A DNA stretch of 64,000 nt from assembly GCA_030753015.1 (NCBI GenBank), contig JASMDC010000015.1:8988-72987 (forward strand), read 5' to 3'. Below the pieces are notes generated by a model. The model did no database searches and was not told the origin of the DNA. It saw only the letters and a list, made by a program, of their open reading frames with translations. The DNA is from Candidatus Undinarchaeales archaeon (GTDB lineage Archaea; SpSt-1190; JASMDC01). Positions 54,143 through 64,000 of this stretch are shown here, one piece after another. Position 1 is the first letter of the stretch. Each line of letters opens with the position of its first letter. A program made the position numbers and the translations under genes.

Positions 54143-56425
54143 TCACCGCATGTAGAAGAGGTCTTCTGCTGGCTCCTCCTTGATCTGGGGAGCAGCGAGC
54201 GCCTTCTGTACGAGCTCGTAGAACTTCTTGACCTCCTTGGTAAGAGAGGGGTGCACCTTCTCGCGGGCCTTCTCGAACTCCGCCAGGGAGACCTGCTTGG
54301 CCTCCATGTCCTTGCGGAGGGCAAAGATGGCCGACTCGCGACAGATGGCCTCCAGGTCGCTGCCAACGCAGTTCTCGGTCTCCTTGGCCAGCTTCTTGAG
54401 GTTCACGTCCTTTGCCAGCGGCATGTTCTTGGTGTGCACCTTCAGGATCTCGAGACGCGCTGCCTCGTCGGGAGCGCCAACAAGGATGTGGCGGTCGAAC
54501 CGGCCCGCGCGCATGAGCCCGCGGTCGATGATGTCCGGTCGGTTCGTGGCGCCGATGATGACCACGTCCTGGAGGTCCTCCAGCCCGTCGATCTCGGTGA
54601 GCATCTGGTTGACGACCCGTTCCTCGGCCTTGTGCGAGCCCTCTCCCCCGCGGGAGGACGCGATGGCGTCCAGCTCGTCGAAGAACACCACCGTGGGCGC
54701 TACCTGGCGAGCCTTGCGGAAGATCTCCCGGATGGCCTTCTCGGATTCGCCCAGCCACTTGGAGAGGACCTCGGGGCCCTTGACCGAGATGAAGTTGGCC
54801 TCGCTCTCGTTGGACACGGCCTTTGCGAGCAGGGTCTTTCCGGTGCCCGGCGGTCCGTAGAGGAGGATGCCCGTGGGCGGTCTGATGCCCAATCGGTCGA
54901 ACGCGGCCTTGTTCTTTAGCGGCCATTCCACGGCCTCGACCAGCTCCTGCTTGATGTCAGCGCAGCCGCCGATGTCGTCCCACGTGATGTTCGGTACCTC
55001 GACCAGCACCTCGCGCATGGCCGACGGCCGGACCACCTTGAGGCCCTCGACGTAGTCCTGCCGGTTCACGATGAGCTTTTCCAGCACCTCGTTGGACAGG
55101 CGCTCATCGTCGTCGATGTTGATTAGAGGGAGGAGGCGTCGCAGAGCGCTCATGGCCGCTTCCTTGCTCAATCCCTGGAGGTCGCTACCGACAAAGCCGT
55201 GGGCCGCGTCGGCGATCTCGTCGAGGCTCACGTCCTCTGCGAGCGGCATGTTACGGGTGTGGATCTGCAGGACCTCCTTGCGGCCCTTGCGGTCGGGAAC
55301 GCCGATCTCGATCTCGCGATCGAACCTGCCCGCCCGGCGGAGCGCCGGTTCTATGGCGGTCTCGCGGTTGGTGGCCGCGATGACGATGACCTGGCCCCGG
55401 GAGTTGATACCGTCCATGGAGGCGAGCATCTGGGCCACCACACGGCTCTCCACGCCGCCGACGACGTCCTCGCGCTTGGGGGCGATGGCGTCGATCTCGT
55501 CGATGAAGATGATGGAGGGCGCGTTCTTCTGCGCCTCCTCGAACAGCTCACGCAGGCGCTTTTCTGCCTCGCCCACGTACTTGGACATGATCTCGGGGCC
55601 GTTGATCGATACGAAGTTGGCGTTGGACTCGTTGGCCACGGCCTTTGCGAGCAGGGTCTTTCCCGTGCCCGGGGGGCCGTAGAGGAGCACGCCCGTGGGC
55701 GGGTCGATCCCCAACCGCTCGAAGAGCTCGGGGTGCTTGAGCGGGAGCTCGATCATCTCGCGGACCCGGCGGACTTCTGTGGAGAGGCCACCGATGTCCT
55801 CGTAGGTCACCTCGGGAATGCGCTCGCTCTCGACCTCAACGGCCTCGGGGTGCACCTCGATCTTGGTGGACTCGGTGATGCGTACGACGCCCTTAGGCGA
55901 GGTGCTCACGACCATGAAGCGTGACTGGCCCATGCCGAGCCTGCCGAACGCAAGCTCGTCGGAGAGGAACTCGTAGAACTCGTCGAAGGGATGGGACGGG
56001 TGGGGGGCTGCCAGCGAGCGCAGCTCGATGACGTCGCCCTTGACGGCGGACCGTCCGATGAGGGTCTTTCCCACGACCTCGCCGGGCATGCGCACGGTGA
56101 CGCCCTCCTGGGTGGGCGCGATGCTGATGTGCTCCGCCTCCTTGAAGTCGGCCGCGCGCACCTTGATGGTGTCGCCGATGGTGGTGCCGGCGTTCCGCCG
56201 GGTGAGCCCGTCCATGCGGACGATGCGCATGCCGACGTCGCTGGGGTATGCGCGGTCCGCGATCGCTGCGGTCGCCCGCTTGCCCTCTACCTCCACGACG
56301 GCCCCGGGGCTGATCCCGAGCGTGCTCATGGTGCTCGAGTCGAGGCGGACCATACCCCTTCCCACGTCCTGCTGCATGGTCGTGGGTATCTCTCCGACCC
56401 GAAGTTCGATAGCATCGTCTGGCAT
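54143..56425 (-). CDS. cdc48: CDC48/VCP family AAA ATPase
   Basis: N-domain plus two AAA modules (GPPGTGKT twice, DEID/DELD, R.GRFDR). Start ATG 56425 or GTG 56434. Confidence 0.96.
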   Translation of the reverse strand: MPDDAIELRVGEIPTTMQQDVGRGMVRLDSSTMSTLGISPGAVVEVEGKRATAAIADRAYPSDVGMRIVRMDGLTRRNAGTTIGDTIKVRAADFKEAEHISIAPTQEGVTVRMPGEVVGKTLIGRSAVKGDVIELRSLAAPHPSHPFDEFYEFLSDELAFGRLGMGQSRFMVVSTSPKGVVRITESTKIEVHPEAVEVESERIPEVTYEDIGGLSTEVRRVREMIELPLKHPELFERLGIDPPTGVLLYGPPGTGKTLLAKAVANESNANFVSINGPEIMSKYVGEAEKRLRELFEEAQKNAPSIIFIDEIDAIAPKREDVVGGVESRVVAQMLASMDGINSRGQVIVIAATNRETAIEPALRRAGRFDREIEIGVPDRKGRKEVLQIHTRNMPLAEDVSLDEIADAAHGFVGSDLQGLSKEAAMSALRRLLPLINIDDDERLSNEVLEKLIVNRQDYVEGLKVVRPSAMREVLVEVPNITWDDIGGCADIKQELVEAVEWPLKNKAAFDRLGIRPPTGILLYGPPGTGKTLLAKAVSNESEANFISVKGPEVLSKWLGESEKAIREIFRKARQVAPTVVFFDELDAIASSRGGEGSHKAEERVVNQMLTEIDGLEDLQDVVIIGATNRPDIIDRGLMRAGRFDRHILVGAPDEAARLEILKVHTKNMPLAKDVNLKKLAKETENCVGSDLEAICRESAIFALRKDMEAKQVSLAEFEKAREKVHPSLTKEVKKFYELVQKALAAPQIKEEPAEDLFYMR

Positions 56426-56480
56426 AACGGACACCCGTGTGCGAGGGGTGTGGGGATAGCTTTTTATATCCTCTCACGCC

Positions 56481-57080
56481 ATGCTCCAGCGGGGTATCGT
56501 GCTGGACGGAGACCTTTCTGAGCAGGAACGCGAGGACCGCATGCTCCGCTCCGCTGCAGAGGCGCTCGACAGGGCTCTCTCGTCGCGGGAACGGCGCGCG
56601 CTCCATCTCGAGACCTTCATCCAGGACCTCTCCGACCTCATCGTGCTCAAGCTCCGTCCCTCCTTCAGGGCGATCAGCATCAAAGTGGAGGAGGAGGACA
56701 AGCACATCGAGCAGGTCGTCGAAGAGCTGGGTGCCGGACGACGACGGCCGGACAGGACGGTCCGGGCGCTGGAGGCGTTCTCGCAGGCAGGCAGGGTGCG
56801 CGGCGACATGGCAGCGGATTTCCTTGTGGAGAACCGGGTCGTGGGCGAGCCGTTCCAGGCACGACGTCTCGTCGAGAACCTCGTCCGCTCCCATCGTCTG
56901 AGGTGGGACGGCGACTATCTGGAGCTCACCTCAAAAGGGCGGCACCAGGCCAGTGGGGACCACGAGGAACGGACCAGGGAGGAAATGCATCATGAGCCCG
57001 AGCAAAGGGAAGACGAAGAACAAAGGGAAGAACATCCCGCGGATCAGGCTCAGCGGCGCCTTTTCGACGCCGCTGATTAA
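56481..57080 (+). CDS. Hypothetical protein with a C-terminal winged-helix-like segment
   Basis: Coding-like bias and LELTSKG; its 3' end overlaps the next gene by 89 nt. Confidence 0.6.
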   Translation: MLQRGIVLDGDLSEQEREDRMLRSAAEALDRALSSRERRALHLETFIQDLSDLIVLKLRPSFRAISIKVEEEDKHIEQVVEELGAGRRRPDRTVRALEAFSQAGRVRGDMAADFLVENRVVGEPFQARRLVENLVRSHRLRWDGDYLELTSKGRHQASGDHEERTREEMHHEPEQREDEEQREEHPADQAQRRLFDAAD

Positions 57081-58329
57081 GCTCCTTGCGGAGGCCGGGT
57101 TCGCGCCCGTGACCGGAGGGCCCCAGGGCCCGGACGACACCACGGTGCACCATCTTCCCAGCCACCGCGGAGTGTCCGTGGCGGGGCCGGACCGGGACGC
57201 GGTGGCGAACGCGATCCGCGACCGTCTTGGCGCGCTCGTCCCCACCGACTATGTTGAGATCGGCAACATCTACCGTGGAGAGGTGCTCCACCTCCTCAAC
57301 GAGGGCGCCATCATCGACATGGACGTGTGCGAGGGCTACCTTCCTTTCAAGTTCACCCATCAGTCCTTCGAGCAGGGCGACCGCCCCGTCGTCCAGGTCG
57401 TGGACGTACCACGCCCCCCGCTCCGCCCCATCATCAGCCAGACCATCTCGGTCCCCTCCAGGAACCTGGTGTTCTCTTCGGTGACGGACATCACCACGGC
57501 CGATGGCATGGATCCCGAGCGGTCGGACGTGCTCATCCAGCTGGCCGAGACCCTCCGTTCCACGAGCTGGGGCATCCACTGGAAGATCGAGGCACAGAAC
57601 GCCAACGTCAAGAGCCTCGAGCGGGAAGTGATCGAGCGGCGGGAGTTTCTGGAGCGGCTCGAACAGCTCATGGAAGGTGACGACGAGGTGGGTATCCTCT
57701 ACTCGCCCCACGACTTCCTCAAGGTGCTATTCCCCTACGAGGCCATGGAGGTGCTGGACGAGCTGCGGTCAGCTTCAGTGCCCACGATCCCACACCACCA
57801 CTTCCTCTCCTCCCTCGGACCCGAGGCCGGGTTCGCCATCGAGGTCATCGAGGAGCTGGGCGAGCGGGGAGAGGCGGGTGCTGCCGCCATCCTCGGACGT
57901 GCGCTGCGCGGGCTGCGACCGGGAGCCACCATCGATGTGGAGGAGCTCACCGTCACCGGCAAGCGCCGGGCGTGGGAGGTGGACGTGCGCTCGTTCGACG
58001 GCACCGACCTCATGCTCTTGGGACCGACGCATGTGGGCGACACCGCGCTCGTAGAGATACGTCAGGGCGCATGGACGTTCCCCACCATCTACTTCGATCC
58101 CGAGGGGAACGAGATGTTCCGCAACCACACGATCTGCACGCCCATCGAGCTCCGGCCCGAGGGCGTGTCCTACGTCAGCTTCGGAATCGCCGTGGTGGAG
58201 AAGGAGGGCGAGCGCGAGATCGTCAACGAGGAGGAGCTGAGCGCGGCCGTGGCCGAGGGCACCATCTCTGCAGAACTGGCCACTCGTGCCCGCACCATCG
58301 CCAGCGACCTGGCCACGGGCAATGTCTAG
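56992..58329 (+). CDS. FAU-1-like RNA-binding/ribonuclease protein (S1 plus DUF402), degenerate
   Basis: RIRLSGAFSTPLIKLL (cf. RVRGIYSTALTKLL), an S1 region, WGIHWK, HH and TPIEL.P...Y. Confidence 0.75.
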   Translation: MSPSKGKTKNKGKNIPRIRLSGAFSTPLIKLLAEAGFAPVTGGPQGPDDTTVHHLPSHRGVSVAGPDRDAVANAIRDRLGALVPTDYVEIGNIYRGEVLHLLNEGAIIDMDVCEGYLPFKFTHQSFEQGDRPVVQVVDVPRPPLRPIISQTISVPSRNLVFSSVTDITTADGMDPERSDVLIQLAETLRSTSWGIHWKIEAQNANVKSLEREVIERREFLERLEQLMEGDDEVGILYSPHDFLKVLFPYEAMEVLDELRSASVPTIPHHHFLSSLGPEAGFAIEVIEELGERGEAGAAAILGRALRGLRPGATIDVEELTVTGKRRAWEVDVRSFDGTDLMLLGPTHVGDTALVEIRQGAWTFPTIYFDPEGNEMFRNHTICTPIELRPEGVSYVSFGIAVVEKEGEREIVNEEELSAAVAEGTISAELATRARTIASDLATGNV

Positions 58330-59051
58330 AGCTCCACACGCTCCCCGTCACTGAGCAGGTGGACGTTGGACAGGTCCTCCAGGGACCCCAGCGCGCCGTC
58401 GTCCTCGTGCACGTGGGTGAGCAGGAAGCGCGTGCTGTCGAAACGCCCGGCCAGCTCCCGGATGATGGCAGGGCTGCAGTGCCCGCCCACCGGTCGGCTC
58501 TCGCCCACCTCGATGAGCGCCACGTCCGCACCATCAAGAAGGGCGTCGAGCTCGGGTCCGGGACCCGTGTCCCCCGTGTAGGCGAGCGTTTTCCCGCCGC
58601 ACGACAGCCGGTACCCACAGCAGGGCAGATGCGACGTGTGGTGCACTGGCATGCGGTGGAACCCGATGCCCGCAACGGTGCCGGTCAGGTCCGGTTGATG
58701 CAGCAAGAGCCCTTCGAGCAGATCGGGAGGAAAGGTCCCCGGGTACGCCAGATCGATGAGGCGCTGCACCGCACCCCATGTCCCCGGATGGCAGGCGACC
58801 GCGAGCGGGCCGTCCCGCGGCACCCGGAAACGGTACTCGAGGAGGAGGAAGGGCAATCCTGCGATATGGTCGAAGTGCGCATGGGAGAGCACGATCCCCT
58901 CGATCCCGCCGGGGTCCACACCGTGCTCACGCAGACGTGCGAGCGCCGTGGCCGGGCAGTCGAGGAGGAGACGGCCGTCGAGGAGCGCTCCCGACCACAG
59001 TCTGCCATGTGGCGTGAAAGCGTTGCCCGTGCCAAGGAGGAGGAGCTCCAT
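58326..59051 (-). CDS. RNase Z/BN-like MBL-fold hydrolase
   Basis: LLGTG, SHAHFDHIAG, YTGDT, GH and LTH motifs. Confidence 0.85.
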   Translation of the reverse strand: MELLLLGTGNAFTPHGRLWSGALLDGRLLLDCPATALARLREHGVDPGGIEGIVLSHAHFDHIAGLPFLLLEYRFRVPRDGPLAVACHPGTWGAVQRLIDLAYPGTFPPDLLEGLLLHQPDLTGTVAGIGFHRMPVHHTSHLPCCGYRLSCGGKTLAYTGDTGPGPELDALLDGADVALIEVGESRPVGGHCSPAIIRELAGRFDSTRFLLTHVHEDDGALGSLEDLSNVHLLSDGERVEL

Positions 59052-59061
59052 CCCGGCCAGC

Positions 59062-59781
59062 CTAGAGACGGTGCATCAGATAGAGGATGACGTTGATGAC
59101 GAGCTGGCCGTTGTTCATGTTCAGGATGTGCTGGTTGGACATGAACGACAGGTCGCCGATGAACGCCACACGGCCCCGGCCGTACTCCACGGCGGCCATG
59201 ACAGGGAGGTACTGTCCCGCCTCGTAGGCATCCTGCTCCGAGTCGAAGTCGAGGTCGCCGAAGGAGGCCTTGGAAGCCCACGCGACGACGTTGTCGTACG
59301 GGGCGTTGAGCGAGCATGCGGCCACGATGCGGAACTCGCGCACACCGCGCGTGATGGGGTGTTGGCGCAGGTTGAACACCTTCACATCGTAGATCTTCGA
59401 CTGGAAACCGTCCCGGATGAAGTACTGCGGATCGCAGATGCGGTCCGGATTGAAGGTGACCGAGTACTTGTCCGCGATGGTGTTGAGGATGCTGGTGTTG
59501 TTGGACGTGTTCCCCCACTCGCCGATGAGGAAGAGCCCGCCACCGTTGTTGACGTAGCGGTGGAGCGCGGTGATCTCGGTGTCATTGAAGGACACTGTGG
59601 GGTAGGCGATGAACACGCAGTCGCAGTCGAGGTCGGTCTGGATGAACTCCTTGTCCCGGAATATCCGGACCTCGATATCCCTGCTCTGTAGGGCCTCGAC
59701 CAATACTGAGATACCTCCCGGCTCGGACGCCGTGATCGAGATGTCCCCGCACCTGTCGATGATGATGACGCTTCCTGACAT
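59062..59781 (-). CDS. GATase-like (DUF4350/IFT52-type) domain protein
   Basis: P...F...EITAL..YV.NGGGLFLIGE, HPITRGV and GRGRVAFIGD...N motifs. Confidence 0.75.
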   Translation of the reverse strand: MSGSVIIIDRCGDISITASEPGGISVLVEALQSRDIEVRIFRDKEFIQTDLDCDCVFIAYPTVSFNDTEITALHRYVNNGGGLFLIGEWGNTSNNTSILNTIADKYSVTFNPDRICDPQYFIRDGFQSKIYDVKVFNLRQHPITRGVREFRIVAACSLNAPYDNVVAWASKASFGDLDFDSEQDAYEAGQYLPVMAAVEYGRGRVAFIGDLSFMSNQHILNMNNGQLVINVILYLMHRL

Positions 59782-59856
59782 TCCTACTCCCTCCAACTCA
59801 AAGAGGTTCTTCTTTTAAAAAAGGTTGGGATTCACCGCACGCATCCGTCGACAGGA

Positions 59857-60771
59857 TCATTTCGCAGGTTCGCATTCCTCGGACAGGAACTTGACGCTCA
59901 CGTCCTTGCCCGCAAGCTCGATGATGGCGGCCGAGAGCAGGTCGTCCTCGAAGAAGCTGCCGGTGCTCACGCACATCGTCGGTCCGATGCGGTCCATCCC
60001 CACCGACTCGTGGATATGGCCATGGAGGGAGAGCACGGGCTTCAATTCCTTGATGGCGGCCCGCACTCCCGAGCTCCCCACATGCCGTCCCGAGGGTACC
60101 TCGTCGAGGTTGGTGTTCAGCGGCGGAGCGTGGACGACGAGCACGATCGGCGGCTTGGCCTTCTTGGCTGCAGAGACGATCCGTTTTCTAAGCTCCGGCT
60201 CCTCGAACTCGAGGTTCGTCGTGCGCAGCGGCGTGAAGTTGATCCCTCCGAACCCCACGAAGGTGTACCCCTTCACACGCTTGGTCCGGCCGTGGAGGCT
60301 TTTGACCTTCAGCTTCTTGAGCATGGCGTCCGTACCGTCGGGATCGTCGTTACCGGGGATGCATACTACAGGGACGGGCGATGCATTGATCGCCTCGGCC
60401 ACCAGGCGCAGCGACTGCATCTGGAGGCCGTCGTAGAACTCTCCTCCCAGCTCGGGATCGGCCAGCTCCTCCTGCAGTGCCTCCAGCTCGTCCACGTCGA
60501 CGACCATGCAAGGGATTCCCTGCTCCCACAGGGACCGCTCCACCTCGTGCGGGTCCTCGATCTCCTCACCGTCCTCCAGCTCCTCGTCGAAGTGCACGTG
60601 GGCGTCGCCCTCGGAGACCACTATGTGGAGGTCGAGCCGGCAGCACAGGTCGCCGCCGAGCACCACCAGGTCGGCCTTCTTCTCCTTTGCGATCTCCAGT
60701 GCGCGGCGTAGGAGGAGGAGGTTGCCGTGGATGTCGCTGAGGTAGAGGATGCGCATGCTATCTTGCCTCAT
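59857..60771 (-). CDS. Calcineurin-like metallophosphoesterase (Icc-related)
   Basis: SDIHG, GGD, PGNDD, HAPP and HGHIHE motifs; ATGA overlap with apgM. Confidence 0.9.
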   Translation of the reverse strand: MRQDSMRILYLSDIHGNLLLLRRALEIAKEKKADLVVLGGDLCCRLDLHIVVSEGDAHVHFDEELEDGEEIEDPHEVERSLWEQGIPCMVVDVDELEALQEELADPELGGEFYDGLQMQSLRLVAEAINASPVPVVCIPGNDDPDGTDAMLKKLKVKSLHGRTKRVKGYTFVGFGGINFTPLRTTNLEFEEPELRKRIVSAAKKAKPPIVLVVHAPPLNTNLDEVPSGRHVGSSGVRAAIKELKPVLSLHGHIHESVGMDRIGPTMCVSTGSFFEDDLLSAAIIELAGKDVSVKFLSEECEPAK

Positions 60772-61997
60772 GCACCGTACTTCTTGGCACGTCCCGTGAT
60801 GCCCAGGAAGGTCGGGACCACTTCGATGCCTCTGATTCGGCCCAGACCACCGGTCATGGCAGGCCTCTCACCGAACGTGTCGACCGCGTCGGTGCGCACG
60901 CCCGGACCGCTCATGAGTATGGGTACGGGATCGGCGGAGTGGTTTTTCATCTCGCACGGCGTCGAGTGATCGCCGGTAAGCACAAGAAGGGTCCCCTCGG
61001 GTGGCATGGCCTCCAGCGCGTCGTCGATGCGTTCGATCATGGCGGCCTTCTCGATGGCCTTCCCGTCGTGGCCGAGGTTGTCGGTCGCCTTGACGTGCAC
61101 GAACACCATGTCATAGCCCTTGTCCAGAAGCTCGCAGGCTCCCGTGATCTTGACCCCGACGTCCGTGTCCAGACCGCCGGTGGCGCCGTCGACTGTCACG
61201 ATGTCCATGCCCATGGACCGGGCGATACCGGCGTAGAAGGCAGCGCCCGAGATACAGGCGGCCTTGAGCTCGAACCGCTCCTCGAAGTCAGGGATGTGCG
61301 GTACGACACCCGCGCCGCGGATGAGGATGGCGTTGGCGGGCAGCTTGCCATCGGCACGACGCTGCTCGTTGAGAGGATGGGCCTCGAGCGCCTCGCGCGC
61401 CTTGGCCGAGAACTGGTTGAGGATGCGTGCCGTCCTGGCGGCCTCCGGTGTGTCATCCAGCGGCTTGCACTCCTTCAGCGGCTTCCCCTCCTTCTTGGGA
61501 TCCAGCGGGCCAACTGCTGCAGAGAGCCCCTCGCCCCTGAGCACCAGTGCGCCCCGGTGCTCGGTACCAGCCTTGAAGAGCACCTTGGCATCGTCGAGCT
61601 CTATCGCGCTGATCACGTCATCGAATGGGGAGGCGTCCTTGATCCGCCCCGCGCGGCGGTCGGTCACGATCCCAGCATCGTCGACGGAGGCGAAGTTGCA
61701 GCGGAACGCGATGTCACCGGCCTTGAGCTCGATGCCCACACCGGCGGCTTCGAAAGGACCGCGCCCCGTGTACACCTCGTAGGGATCGTACCCGAGGATG
61801 GCCAGATGGGCCACGTCGCTGCCCGGCACCACACCGGGGCGGATGGTGTCCATCAGACCGCTGATACCGTTCGCTGCCAGCCGGTCAAGGTTCGGCGTCC
61901 GTGCGACCTCCAGGGGTGTCAGGCCCCCCATCGACTCCACCGGACGTCCGCCCAGCCCGTCGCAGATGATCAGTAGTACCTTCGTCTTCTCCTTCAT
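60768..61997 (-). CDS. apgM: 2,3-bisphosphoglycerate-independent phosphoglycerate mutase (archaeal type)
   Basis: DGLG, TPNLD, PGSDVAH, YTGRGPFEA, DNLGHDG, TGDHSTP and HSADPVP motifs. Confidence 0.95.
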   Translation of the reverse strand: MKEKTKVLLIICDGLGGRPVESMGGLTPLEVARTPNLDRLAANGISGLMDTIRPGVVPGSDVAHLAILGYDPYEVYTGRGPFEAAGVGIELKAGDIAFRCNFASVDDAGIVTDRRAGRIKDASPFDDVISAIELDDAKVLFKAGTEHRGALVLRGEGLSAAVGPLDPKKEGKPLKECKPLDDTPEAARTARILNQFSAKAREALEAHPLNEQRRADGKLPANAILIRGAGVVPHIPDFEERFELKAACISGAAFYAGIARSMGMDIVTVDGATGGLDTDVGVKITGACELLDKGYDMVFVHVKATDNLGHDGKAIEKAAMIERIDDALEAMPPEGTLLVLTGDHSTPCEMKNHSADPVPILMSGPGVRTDAVDTFGERPAMTGGLGRIRGIEVVPTFLGITGRAKKYGA

Positions 61998-62157
61998 CAC
62001 GTTCGCCTCCAAGGAATATGTATGCCGACGACGCCGTCAGGACGAATAGGAAGAGCACGCTCTGGTAGAACGCCGGGTCCATCCCGGTGATCCTGTCGAG
62101 GACGAACAGCATCGCCGTCGCCCCCACCAGAACGAGCAGGAACCGAGGTCCCGACAT
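61885..62157 (-). CDS. Small 2-TM hypothetical protein
   Basis: Two hydrophobic helices in the gap upstream of apgM; the tail reads into apgM, so the 3' end is uncertain. Confidence 0.45.
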   Translation of the reverse strand: MSGPRFLLVLVGATAMLFVLDRITGMDPAFYQSVLFLFVLTASSAYIFLGGERDEGEDEGTTDHLRRAGRTSGGVDGGPDTPGGRTDAEP

Positions 62158-62264
62158 CGTCATCCAAGGGCCTCGGGGTCAACGGTCTTAAACCTTTCTG
62201 CGGGGTGCGGAAGGTCGCGCCGCCCCCGGCACATTAATAAATGTTTAGAGGGGACGGAAGGCCC

Positions 62265-63638
62265 GTGACACGCTCATACGACGTGGTGATAGTGGGTGCA
62301 GGTCCTGGCGGACTCCTGGCCGCTCACACCCTTGCCGGAAAAGGCCTCAAGATTCTGGTCGTCGACAAGGGTAAGGAACCGAACAAACGTCACTGCCCCG
62401 AGGTCGACAAGGGCTTCTGTCACAACTGCGCCTCCTGCGACCTCATGTACGGAGTGGGCGGGTCCGGGCTTTTCTCCGACGGGAAGCTCAACCTCGATCC
62501 CCGCATCGGGGGCGACCTCACCGAGTTCACCAAGAACGACGAGGAGGCATACGCGCTCATCGACGAGGTGGACCAGGTGTTCATCCGACACGGTGCGCCC
62601 GACGAGCTCTGCTTCGACAAGGCCGCCACCCGCCGGCTCGCCAAGCATGCGGCAAAGAACGGCATCCGGTTCATCCCAATCAAGCAGCGCCACATCGGTT
62701 CGGACCACCTGCCATCGGTCATCACCAACCTCATGAACGAGCTCAAGGCCGACGGGATCGACTTCCTTCTCAAGAACGAGGCATCCGACATCGTCGCGGA
62801 GAAGGGTCGCGTGAAGGGCATCAGGATCGACAGCTCGACGATCAAGTGCGAGAACCTCCTCATCGCCACCGGACGCGTCGGTGCCAAGTGGCTCGACAAC
62901 CAGGCACGAACGCTCGGTATCGATGTCACCTACAATCCCATAGATGTCGGCGTCCGTGTCGAGGTGCCCGAGGTCATCATGCACGACGTCACCGAGATCA
63001 ACTGGGATCCGAAGTTCCATATCCGCACGGGCACGTACGACGACTTCGTGCGCACGTTCTGCACCTGCCCTGGTGGATTCGTCGTGGAGGAGCGCCATGA
63101 TGACTTCGTGCTCGTCAACGGCCACTCCATGCGCGACCGTCACTCGCAGAACACCAACTTCGCCTTCCTCACCCGCATCGGGCTCACAGAACCTATGGAG
63201 AACACCATCGCGTACGGCAGCTCAATTGCGAAGCTCGCCTCCACCATCGGGGGGGGCAAGCCCATCCTCCAGCGCCTGGGCGACCTGCGCAAGGGACGCC
63301 GCTCCAGCGTCGGCCGAATCGAGCGCAGCTACGTCCGCCCCACGCTCCACTCGGTGACGCCGGGCGACATATCCATGGCCCTCCCCAGCCGTATCGTGAC
63401 CGGTATCACGGAAGGGCTCGACATGCTCGACCACACCATTCCGGGTGTGGCCTCGGATGCGACCCTGCTATACGCGCCGGAGGTCAAGTTCCACGCCATG
63501 CGCATGAAGGTCGGTCCGTCCATGGAGACCACACTCAAGGGAATGTTCGTCGCAGGCGACGGCGCTGGGGTGTCGAGGGGCATCGTCGGGGCCGCAGCGA
63601 CGGGTATACTTGCTGGCAAGGGGATCCTAAGGAAGTAG
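62265..63638 (+). CDS. NAD(P)/FAD-dependent oxidoreductase
   Basis: VGAGPGG, Cys cluster, G.GG.GLFSDGKL, RTFCTCP.G, VNGHS, YAPEVKF and AGDGAG motifs. Confidence 0.9.
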   Translation: MTRSYDVVIVGAGPGGLLAAHTLAGKGLKILVVDKGKEPNKRHCPEVDKGFCHNCASCDLMYGVGGSGLFSDGKLNLDPRIGGDLTEFTKNDEEAYALIDEVDQVFIRHGAPDELCFDKAATRRLAKHAAKNGIRFIPIKQRHIGSDHLPSVITNLMNELKADGIDFLLKNEASDIVAEKGRVKGIRIDSSTIKCENLLIATGRVGAKWLDNQARTLGIDVTYNPIDVGVRVEVPEVIMHDVTEINWDPKFHIRTGTYDDFVRTFCTCPGGFVVEERHDDFVLVNGHSMRDRHSQNTNFAFLTRIGLTEPMENTIAYGSSIAKLASTIGGGKPILQRLGDLRKGRRSSVGRIERSYVRPTLHSVTPGDISMALPSRIVTGITEGLDMLDHTIPGVASDATLLYAPEVKFHAMRMKVGPSMETTLKGMFVAGDGAGVSRGIVGAAATGILAGKGILRK

Positions 63639-63730
63639 TTACTACTCCAGAATGGTAAATAAACGAAACCTTTATATACAACTTCCGACAATAGAATGTA
63701 CAACTGGAAAGTAGTGACGGAGGTTTTATT

Positions 63731-64000
63731 GTGGAGATATTTGCAGATCCTATGCTGGTGGAAGTACTGACGGGAATTGGAGGACTGAAATCCTTGGACG
63801 TGGTACGCATCCTGCGGACCAAGGGCGAGATCTCCGATTATAATCTGGCGCAGGTTATGGGACTGTCCTGGAACAAGGCAAGGGGCATCCTCTATCGTCT
63901 GTACGACAGGAACGTCGTGGGCTTCGAGAAGCGCAAGGACGAGAAGACCGAGAAGCTCATGTACTACTGGAGACTGAACGAGGCCAAGCTGTCACATATC
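63731..64000 (+). CDS. tfe: Transcription factor E (TFE alpha), 5' part
   Basis: Not in the ORF track. GGAGGT RBS, then GTG 63731 open to the window end: ...GEISDYNLAQVMGLSWNKARGILYRLYDRNVVGFEKRKDEKTEKLMYYWRLN (TFE winged helix). Confidence 0.85.
   Translation, partial: MEIFADPMLVEVLTGIGGLKSLDVVRILRTKGEISDYNLAQVMGLSWNKARGILYRLYDRNVVGFEKRKDEKTEKLMYYWRLNEAKLSHI

Overview
GC-rich archaeal chromosome segment, probably an uncultured DPANN-like lineage (inferred from TFE, CDC48, ApgM, FAU-1, a BHB-intron tRNA and a 'KRAQASLEFLMSYGW' class III pilin signal). Housekeeping blocks (pckA, amrS, tRNA-Phe, dcd, thrC-like, pgi, leuCDB-like, cdc48, apgM, tfe) flank an accessory island at about 37.4-53.4 kb. 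The main candidate for a new system is in that island: one- or two-gene modules, many decayed, are separated by five co-oriented copies of a sequence complementary to the 3' end of an archaeal tRNA-Gly (46.7-51.3 kb). A second three-copy junction repeat, possibly tRNA-iMet-like, lies at 37.5-41.9 kb. No integrase and no parent tRNA are present in the window, so this looks like an integron-like array with tRNA-derived att sites. An IS1182 element sits exactly in the loop of the right-end hairpin of a catalytically intact TnpB element, separating the omega-RNA scaffold from its guide. An IS1634 element cleanly splits a GNAT gene. All family calls come from motif recognition by eye; no database searches were run.
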